Part shown: positions 25,441 to 32,000 of the stretch, piece by piece
Numbering within the stretch: the first letter of the stretch is position 1
How the letters are laid out: each line of letters opens with the position of its first letter
From: Candidatus Saccharimonas aalborgensis
GTDB taxonomy: Bacteria; Patescibacteriota; Saccharimonadia; Saccharimonadales; Saccharimonadaceae
DNA: 32,000 nt
Direction: 5' to 3'
Assembly (NCBI RefSeq): GCF_000392435.1
Contig: NC_021219.1
Location: forward strand, 930,001-962,000
Program-made: the position numbers and the translations under genes
The notes under the pieces: generated by a model
The model's database searches: none
What the model saw: the letters and a program-made list of their open reading frames with translations, nothing else
Told to the model about the DNA's origin: nothing

Positions 25441-25466
25441 AAATAGGCTTATTTATCCACAGCCAC

Positions 25467-25495
25467 TTGACAAAATGGCAAAAGTGTGCTAGCAT
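25467..25495 (+). promoter_or_regulatory. Sigma70 promoter far upstream of the ABC exporter gene
   Basis: TTGACA-17-TAGCAT, about 540 nt before the SD-supported start at 26037. Confidence 0.65.
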
Positions 25496-25819
25496 GGATC
25501 CAGCGTTACATCTTGCAAATCAACACGTGTAGTTTAATTTGAGCAATCAGGCGACCCCCGCCCCTGTTTCTTGGCTTTCAGTCAAGACGTTCATTGACGT
25601 ATGCCGATAATAAAAAGTCAAAGGCACGAATGAATCGTCACTGGCAGACTCTTGGTGGGTTTTCCTGATACTCATATAGCTACGCGAGATGAACGCAACA
25701 TCACACCAAAAAGTTGACTCACCGCATGTCAGCTTGCACCTCAACAAAACTGCAAGGTGTAATGACAATAACGTTAATGGAAAGGATTTAAGTCGGATGT
25801 TAATTATTACATTTATGTC

Positions 25820-25881
25820 AGCGGGCAAGTAAGTCATCATTTGTGAGGTAATCTCAATCTCGCAAATGTACTTCGCCTGCT
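25820..25881 (+). ncRNA. Candidate structured leader/ncRNA hairpin
   Basis: AGCGGGC-AAGTA...CATTTGTGAG-GTAATCTCAAT-CTCGCAAATG-TACTTCGCCTGCT; both non-Watson-Crick positions are G.U only if plus strand is transcribed. Confidence 0.45.
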
Positions 25882-26036
25882 ATCACTATAGAGGCCTATC
25901 ACGTTTTCGAAATTGATAGTAGCTCCAAAACCCCCGTGGTTCCCTGCCCTTTGAGCGCTGGCGTTTTTTTGGCAGCCGAATTTGGCAGGCAATCACCCTG
26001 ACAATGAACAAAACAACAAAACAGATAGGAGGAGGT

Positions 26037-27827
26037 ATGCTTATCGCAGACCTAAAAGCGATTTTGGCGGAAATGCGTCAAGATCCGACCGTTGCTCCTG
26101 AACTACCCGTGGTAGCACGTGCGATTCGACGTACGTTTGCCTGGGAGGTTCTCAGCGAGCTGCTCCAAGTCCTTCAGTCCGTACCAGTGATGTTTTTTAC
26201 GAATGAACTGGTTCGCCCGGGACCGGAGAGCCCTCGAAACATCGCGCTTGTCGCACTCAGTTTCGCTGTTCTTTATAAAGTAAATCAGCTTGTCGCCAAT
26301 CGTATGGGCCTGCATCGTAATGATGTGTTTTGGGGCTCATGGCGCGTTTGGTGGGGCTATGGCAATCGTCGACTGCTCCGCCAGAGTACCGACTGGCACA
26401 CAGCTCACAGTACTGGTGAGAAAGATTCGTTGATCGGCAAAAATATTGGACGGTTCCAAGAACTGTTTGATGAAGCGCTGTTCAATACGATCCCAGTACT
26501 GCTGCGTATCAGTCTGACGACGGCGTTTATGTTTGTGCTTGGCTGGCAATTTGGTCTCGTGGCTATCGTGACGATGGTGCTTTATGGCTATGTCCTGACA
26601 CGGACAGAGCGAACCATGCACCCTCACCGCGAAGAGTTTCAGACACGCATGAAGCAAGTCGAGGACAATGGCAGTGAATTGACGCGCAACTGGCGGACAA
26701 TTCGAACGCTTGGTCTCGAGGAACACTTCAGTGATCGCAACGAAGTACTGCTGCGCGACTTTTGGCACGATGAGTACCCTCGTCACCAGACCTGGGCTCG
26801 TTGTATCTCGCGTCAGGACGATATCTTGATAGTGAGTCGAGCGTCACTCTACCTTGTGCTGGGCCTTGTTGCTCTACGTTCAGGCAGCAGTGAAGCCATC
26901 GGTTCGCTGATCCTGGCAACGACATGGATGGAGCGTGCCTATAGCAATTACTGGCGTCTGAGTGACTTCCAGCGATTGCTTGGACGCGGACAAGAGGCAC
27001 TCAGAGAGCTAGTCGCGTTTTTGGCGCTCAAGCCGAGTGTCACCAACACTGATCAGCCACGCTGGCCGCGCCGTGTACGCGGAACCGTCAGTTTCCGAAA
27101 TGTGTGGTTTGCCTATCCAGGTGATTCGAGAGAATCGACTATCTCACAGTTCGATCTGCGCGTTCCTGCACACACCTCGCTGGCTTTTGTTGGCGAGAGT
27201 GGCAGTGGCAAATCGACGCTGATGCGTTTGCTCGCACGTGAGTACGACCCCTGTGTCGGCAGCATTACCGTCGATGGTATCGACCTACGTGATATCGACT
27301 ATCGGCGCTATCGTCATGAGTTGATTGCTGTCGTGAGCCAGACGATCGAGCTATTTGATCGCACCATCGCAGACAATATTCGTATTGCTCGGCCTGATGC
27401 GACGATGGACGAAGTCATCGAGTCGGCGAAGGCTGCCGGTGCGCATGAGTTCATCATGGCGACAGATCACGGATACGACAGTCGGATCGGTGAAGATGGT
27501 TTGACACTTTCGGGTGGTCAACGCCAGCGACTCGCGATTGCACGCGCGTTGCTGATGAAGCCAGCGATCTTGATTTTGGACGAAGCAACCTCGGCGCTCG
27601 ATGCAATGAGTCAGGCAGAAGTCCAGGCCACTATCGACGGGCTGATACAGCAACGAGTGTGCACGGTGTTCATCATCGCCCATCGTCTTAGCACTATTCG
27701 CGATGCCGATCGCATCGTGGTGATGGACAAGGGGCAGATGGCTGCCAGTGGGATTCACAAAGAGTTACTCTCGCACAGCGCCATCTATCGTCGGATGAAT
27801 GGTCTCGAGAACGGTTCTCACTCCTAA
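26037..27827 (+). CDS. ABC exporter, fused permease/ATPase
   Basis: ORF 26004..27827; start MLIADLKAIL at 26037 after GGAGGAGG. GESGSGKSTLMRLLAREY, LSGGQRQRLAIARALLMKPAILILDEATSALD. Confidence 0.95.
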   Translation: MLIADLKAILAEMRQDPTVAPELPVVARAIRRTFAWEVLSELLQVLQSVPVMFFTNELVRPGPESPRNIALVALSFAVLYKVNQLVANRMGLHRNDVFWGSWRVWWGYGNRRLLRQSTDWHTAHSTGEKDSLIGKNIGRFQELFDEALFNTIPVLLRISLTTAFMFVLGWQFGLVAIVTMVLYGYVLTRTERTMHPHREEFQTRMKQVEDNGSELTRNWRTIRTLGLEEHFSDRNEVLLRDFWHDEYPRHQTWARCISRQDDILIVSRASLYLVLGLVALRSGSSEAIGSLILATTWMERAYSNYWRLSDFQRLLGRGQEALRELVAFLALKPSVTNTDQPRWPRRVRGTVSFRNVWFAYPGDSRESTISQFDLRVPAHTSLAFVGESGSGKSTLMRLLAREYDPCVGSITVDGIDLRDIDYRRYRHELIAVVSQTIELFDRTIADNIRIARPDATMDEVIESAKAAGAHEFIMATDHGYDSRIGEDGLTLSGGQRQRLAIARALLMKPAILILDEATSALDAMSQAEVQATIDGLIQQRVCTVFIIAHRLSTIRDADRIVVMDKGQMAASGIHKELLSHSAIYRRMNGLENGSHS

Positions 27828-27876
27828 AGTCTAGTGTGGTTCGTGTCAGATAATCGAAGAGAGGAGCCTGCAAGAT

Positions 27877-27904
27877 GCCTCCGTGGACTGAGTTTCACGG
27901 AGGC
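27877..27904 (+). terminator. Hairpin after ABC gene
   Basis: GCCTCCGTG-gactgagttt-CACGGAGGC, weak T-tract. Confidence 0.45.
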
Positions 27905-27938
27905 TATTGCTTGGGTAAATAAAGTGGTAACGATATGA

Positions 27939-27969
27939 AGTACACCGCCTTACAATCAGGCGGTGTACT
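27939..27969. terminator. Perfect 11-bp hairpin between convergent genes
   Basis: AGTACACCGCC-ttacaatca-GGCGGTGTACT. Confidence 0.55.
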
Positions 27970-27987
27970 GATATCTTGATACTTGTG

Positions 27988-28536
27988 TTAGACTTTTTTG
28001 ACCTGGAGTGCATCGAGCTCGACGGGCGTGTCGCGGCCAAACATGCTGACCATGACCTTGAGCTTACCCTTGGCGGTGTCGATTTCACTTACCGCGCCAT
28101 CAAAGCCCTTGAATGGTCCATCGGTGATGTTGACCACTTCTCCCGGCTGGAAGTCGATCTGATGCTTGGGGTCTTCGACACCCATACGTTTTTTGATCTT
28201 TGAGATCTCTGCGTCTGAAACAGGCGTTGGCTCAGTACCACTACCGACAAACCCAGTCACGCCAGGTGTATTACGGACAATGTACCATGTCTCATCGGTT
28301 AGTTTCATCTCGACGAGTACATAGCCTTGGAATATCTTGGCCTCAACGACTTTTCGTTTGCCGTTTTTGATCTGAATCTGCTTTTCCTTTGGCACCATAG
28401 CGTCAAAGATCTTGTCTGCCATATCGACAGCCTGAATACGCTGTTTGATTGCATCGGCGACTTTTTCTTCGTAGCCGCTATAGGTGTGGATTGCGTACCA
28501 TTGACGAGTACCATCATATCGATTCTTGTGTGCCAT
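27988..28536 (-). CDS. nusG: Transcription termination/antitermination protein NusG
   Basis: RQWYAIHTYSGYEEKVADAIKQRI...GYVLVEMKLTDETWYIVRNTPGVTGFVG...; KOW region FQPGEVVNITDGPFKGFDG. Confidence 0.97.
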   Translation of the reverse strand: MAHKNRYDGTRQWYAIHTYSGYEEKVADAIKQRIQAVDMADKIFDAMVPKEKQIQIKNGKRKVVEAKIFQGYVLVEMKLTDETWYIVRNTPGVTGFVGSGTEPTPVSDAEISKIKKRMGVEDPKHQIDFQPGEVVNITDGPFKGFDGAVSEIDTAKGKLKVMVSMFGRDTPVELDALQVKKV

Positions 28537-28537
28537 G

Positions 28538-28933
28538 TTATTTCCTCAAAATAATGTTAAACAAATATTGAAAACCTGCGTCGAGTAGCAAAATAACGAC
28601 GACAAAAAACGCAGTAAAGAGCAGCAGCGCGCCCGTCATGGCCCAGGTGGTGCGCCGGTCTGGCCAGCGAACTTGACGGAGCTCATACCATGAACCCTTT
28701 AGGTACCGCCAGATAGCGAAAAATGGATTGCGAGTACGTCGTACTAGCTTGTCGCCATCGTCACTCACTACCTTCCGTGTCCTTTTGGGCGCTACTGGTT
28801 TTTTTGATTTTTTTGAACCACTATCATTTGCTGTAATGCGCGTGATCTTGGGTGTTGATGATTTTGCTGGTGTCGCCACGATAGATTTCCTGCTCTCCCA
28901 ATTAAATAAGTCTGCTTTCTGGCAGACTGTCAA
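28538..28933 (-). CDS. secE: Preprotein translocase subunit SecE with basic N-terminal extension
   Basis: YLKGSWYELRQVRWPDRRTTWAMTGALLLFTAFFVVVILLLDAGFQYLFN; directly 5' of nusG. Exact start uncertain. Confidence 0.9.
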   Translation of the reverse strand: MTVCQKADLFNWESRKSIVATPAKSSTPKITRITANDSGSKKSKKPVAPKRTRKVVSDDGDKLVRRTRNPFFAIWRYLKGSWYELRQVRWPDRRTTWAMTGALLLFTAFFVVVILLLDAGFQYLFNIILRK

Positions 28934-28989
28934 GAGTAGTATATGTCACCTCGAGAACTTTGTCAATAATAAACAGATGGTTCTTATGG

Positions 28990-29019
28990 TTGCATGTCCT
29001 GGATTTTGTGATGTACACT
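28990..29019 (+). promoter_or_regulatory. Sigma70-like promoter abutting the 29026 start codon
   Basis: TTGCAT-18-TACACT, 6 nt then ATG. Confidence 0.5.
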
Positions 29020-29025
29020 AGCCGC

Positions 29026-29826
29026 ATGACAAAGAAAACCCACGAGACACTAGCAAATGGAATTGATTTTGAGCAGCGCGACAAGGCGATTGCTCGGTTG
29101 CGTGCATTTTTACGTCTTGAGACCGACGAACTCCTTCAGCGTCCGTTGACCGACGACGAGAAAGTAATGCTCGAGAAATGCAACGTGTGGCGCACAATGG
29201 TAGAAACAAAAGATACGCCGAATCGCCGTCTCGCGCTGGCAATGCTTGGGCTTGAAGAGGCCGTACGCGTTCTTTATGAGCAGGCGGGGTGCGATGTAAC
29301 TCGGGAGAGTGTAGTGATCAATAGGGATGGCGAAGAAGTACCATATCATTTTTCTGCATCACAAGCTGGCTCTGATTTTGGGATGGTTCTCGGCTGTCGA
29401 TTTACCCAGCCGAAGCAGCTTGATGCGTACGGTAGGCCACACGACAGTATGCTGCACGTATTGCTCCCTACTGACGGATACCTTTACGAAACGCTTGCTC
29501 ATGGCGACCCCCATGAGCCGCAGTTTTTTGCTTCGGAGCCAGACATTTACTCTGCGGAGTGGTCAGAAGATGAAAGAGAGAGGTTACCAAATGGTGGTGT
29601 TACCTATCGAGAGATCAATGGAACTCGTTCATTATACGATGAGAGCGGCACGTATATACCAGATCCAGCAGACCGGCGCCGTGACGTGTATCATCGTGAT
29701 CGAGTACATTATCGACCACTCTACACAGAAGATGCCCCAGGTATCGAACGGTATATGCGTATCACCCAGACCCTTATAGCCCAGTATCTTGAGGCCATTG
29801 AGATAAGTAAACGGTCATCGTCCTAG
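29026..29826 (+). CDS. Hypothetical protein
   Basis: ORF 28960..29826; likely start MTKKTHETLANGIDFEQRDKAIARLRAFLRL at 29026; no domain recognised. Confidence 0.65.
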   Translation: MTKKTHETLANGIDFEQRDKAIARLRAFLRLETDELLQRPLTDDEKVMLEKCNVWRTMVETKDTPNRRLALAMLGLEEAVRVLYEQAGCDVTRESVVINRDGEEVPYHFSASQAGSDFGMVLGCRFTQPKQLDAYGRPHDSMLHVLLPTDGYLYETLAHGDPHEPQFFASEPDIYSAEWSEDERERLPNGGVTYREINGTRSLYDESGTYIPDPADRRRDVYHRDRVHYRPLYTEDAPGIERYMRITQTLIAQYLEAIEISKRSSS

Positions 29827-31436
29827 CGACGTGACATGCTAAACCCAAATGTCGACCCATGGTTGAGTCGTGAGGTCATCTCTATAGTAACCCCAAGTTT
29901 CTTGGCTAGTTTTCTCGCGACGTACAAACCGAGACCGGTACCACCCGTCTCCCTAGTACGGTAATCTTCACTTCGCCAGAACTTCTCGAACACATGCTTT
30001 TGGTCTGATTTGCTCATGCCAATGCCAGTGTCCTGGACGGAAAACTTGAGTGTAGTATCGGCTGCCTTGACCGATACAAGCACACTGCCCTCTTTGGTGT
30101 ATTTGATTGCATTGGTAACAAAGTTTTGCAACAGCTCCTTGAGGTAGAGACGGCTGGCTACCACTTCACCAAGGCCAGGATCAAGGTCAAGATTAAACTT
30201 GAGGCCTTTTGTCTCGGCTTGAGGCGCGTATTCATTGTAGAGATCGTGGATGAGATCGCTCACATTGATAGACTCAGGTGCATCCGCGACACCACGTTCG
30301 GCACGGCTGAGGGTACTGAGGTCATTGACCATTTTTGCGAGAAAGAGTACCTGATCGTGGGCGATAGTGACATTGGTTGCGAGCGTGGCTTTTGGAATGT
30401 CCTCCCTGGTCATCATGAGCTGAACATTGCTCAGAGTACCCTCAGCAATGGTGATGGGCGTACGTAGCTCATGGCTCACTACCGAGATAAACTCGTCTCG
30501 CTCTTCCTCGAGACTTTTTTGTTTTGTTATGTCGCGCAGAATAACAATATAGCCGTCGGTTTCATCGTCACTATCAGTTCCTCTGATAGGCGAGAAAATA
30601 ACTGATAGATGGAGTGTTTCCTCTGATATGGTGGCACTGAGGTCATCTCTGGATATGACTCCGCGTGCAGATCGAAATGCACTCGAAAACTTGAAGCGTT
30701 TGTTGTCCTTGTCGAGCAAGCGGATTACATCATCAATATGCTTGCCGTTAAGACTTGTATTAGTGTCGAGTAAATTGAGTGTCGCGGCGTTGAATACCTG
30801 GATAACACCGTGATTGTCGGTGCTCAATATACCATCGGCAAGGTTATTGACGAGGGTCATGATACGATCACGTTGGTGAGATTCCTCGGATTGACTACGC
30901 GCTAATTCGTCTCGGTCTACACGTTGGATCGACATAATTGTCGCTGCAACGTAGCCGACCAGAAGTGTACCGAGAAAGTACATGATATCACGCGCTATGT
31001 ACTCGGCCTGGTCCATAGTCAGTAAAATATCGGCGAGCATGGTGGCAAAAAGCGCCAGGATGCTCAGGTTGAGCCCATCTCTGCCCCAAAAGGTAAATGA
31101 TGCAAGGAGAAGTACTACCCAGGTTGCCATAAATGGCATATCAAGTCCTGAGACAAACAGGATATAGGCAACTGAGAGCGCATGGTACAGCACAAGCCGC
31201 ACGGCAGTATCAAGCCGTGTTTTTGCTGGGACGAGAAACTGGTACACACTCAATATAGCCCAGCCAACAGAGATATACGCAAATGCTGTGAGATTAAACG
31301 GATGCTCGTTTTTGACGGCGCCCATCATGAGAAGCAGCCCATAAAACATCAAAATAACAGGCACCAGAAACCCAGCAAATCGGATCAGTTGCTCGGTACG
31401 CGCGTTGACATTTGGCAGGCCACCCTCGCTCATCAT
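29823..31436 (-). CDS. Membrane sensor histidine kinase with PAS domain
   Basis: Multi-TM N-terminus, PAS-like ILSTDNHGVIQVFNAATLNLL, H-box ISVVSHELRTPITIAEG, N-box ELLQNFVTNAIKYT, FEKFWRSEDYRTRETGGTGLGLYVARKL. Confidence 0.95.
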   Translation of the reverse strand: MMSEGGLPNVNARTEQLIRFAGFLVPVILMFYGLLLMMGAVKNEHPFNLTAFAYISVGWAILSVYQFLVPAKTRLDTAVRLVLYHALSVAYILFVSGLDMPFMATWVVLLLASFTFWGRDGLNLSILALFATMLADILLTMDQAEYIARDIMYFLGTLLVGYVAATIMSIQRVDRDELARSQSEESHQRDRIMTLVNNLADGILSTDNHGVIQVFNAATLNLLDTNTSLNGKHIDDVIRLLDKDNKRFKFSSAFRSARGVISRDDLSATISEETLHLSVIFSPIRGTDSDDETDGYIVILRDITKQKSLEEERDEFISVVSHELRTPITIAEGTLSNVQLMMTREDIPKATLATNVTIAHDQVLFLAKMVNDLSTLSRAERGVADAPESINVSDLIHDLYNEYAPQAETKGLKFNLDLDPGLGEVVASRLYLKELLQNFVTNAIKYTKEGSVLVSVKAADTTLKFSVQDTGIGMSKSDQKHVFEKFWRSEDYRTRETGGTGLGLYVARKLAKKLGVTIEMTSRLNHGSTFGFSMSRR

Positions 31437-31472
31437 TCTCTAGTATATCCATAAGCGAGACAAATGAAAAGC

Positions 31473-32000
31473 TTATACTGAGGGCGTTTCGCGGGCAATC
31501 TGTCGTCGATGCAATTTGTAGTGCGGATCGTACTGGCCGACAAGCTGCCAAAATGCCTTTGAGTGGTTCATGTGTCTCGTATGGCAGAGTTCGTGGATGA
31601 TGACATAGTCGATGAGCTCGTCTTTTAGTTTCATCAGGCCGATATTGAGGCTTATTGTGCCCGTCGAGCTACAGCTTCCCCACCGAGTACCTGCATGTGA
31701 GAAGCGAATCCGCTCATAGCTGAGCCCAAGCTGTTCCCCGAGGGTTGACAAGCGATTATTTAGATATGATTTTGCTTCTTTGCGCAACACTATTATGACT
31801 GAGTCGCGAATTAACTGCTGAACGGCTCTCGATTCGAGTGTATGACCAGGGGGTAAATAGACGAGCAGCTTCTTGCGCTCGATTTTTACCTTCGGGTGAT
31901 CAACCATCCCTGTTTTGATAACAGCGATAGTGTGAGTTTTTCCAATAATCGTGCCATCTTGGTAGGTTATTTTTTTTGGTTGCTTAGCTAGAAGTTCGCG
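31473..32000 (-). CDS. YgjP-like (DUF45) zinc metallopeptidase, N-terminus beyond right edge
   Basis: RWGSCSSTGTISLNIGLMKLKDELIDYVIIHELCHTRHMNHSKAFWQLV. Frame is open for 31 codons upstream of the track's ATG (RELLAKQPKKITYQDGTIIGKTHTIAVIKTG) to the window edge. Confidence 0.85.
   Translation of the reverse strand, partial: RELLAKQPKKITYQDGTIIGKTHTIAVIKTGMVDHPKVKIERKKLLVYLPPGHTLESRAVQQLIRDSVIIVLRKEAKSYLNNRLSTLGEQLGLSYERIRFSHAGTRWGSCSSTGTISLNIGLMKLKDELIDYVIIHELCHTRHMNHSKAFWQLVGQYDPHYKLHRRQIARETPSV

Noticed and set aside
25547-25840. 97-aa minus ORF
   Set aside because: No SD, no recognisable features, and in a region better explained as a plus-strand leader/ncRNA.
28909-28928. AGTCTGC-tttctg-GCAGACT hairpin over the secE start
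   Set aside because: Perfect but only 7 bp; may influence secE initiation but evidence is too thin.
1-32000. CRISPR array, transposase, restriction-modification or toxin-antitoxin system
   Set aside because: Looked for regularly spaced repeats and hallmark motifs; none found beyond the dispersed structured repeats described.

Overview
This 32 kb window looks like a small-genome (CPR/Saccharibacteria-like) bacterial chromosome segment. I infer that only from gene content and style; no database was used. Most genes are on the minus strand. They include dnaX-dnaB, a thymidylate/nucleotide set (tdk, tmk, dcd, DHFR, thyA) and the secE-nusG / rplK / rplA / rplJ-rplL series. That ribosomal series keeps canonical order and strand but is split by insertions of about 4.5, 6.8 and 8.7 kb. 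Other recognisable genes are a tandem pair of HIGH-motif nucleotidyltransferase-like paralogs, two HIT-like paralogs, an SDR, a VanY-like peptidase, cdsA, an ABC exporter, a PAS-type histidine kinase, a YgjP-like metallopeptidase and one tRNA-Pro(CGG) with encoded CCA. The strongest unexplained signals are non-coding. (i) A GC-rich, about 125-nt three-way-junction-like element occurs three times, and its outer stems differ in sequence while staying paired in two copies. (ii) A 79-nt structured element is duplicated at 78/79 identity, each copy sitting 3' of a tiny membrane-protein gene. (iii) A 600-nt intergenic region upstream of the ABC exporter has a consensus promoter and a strand-biased wobble-paired hairpin. 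(iv) A set of GC3-rich stand-alone genes has its own promoters and terminators. (v) Several genes appear to be leaderless. I found no CRISPR array, transposase or obvious defence system.
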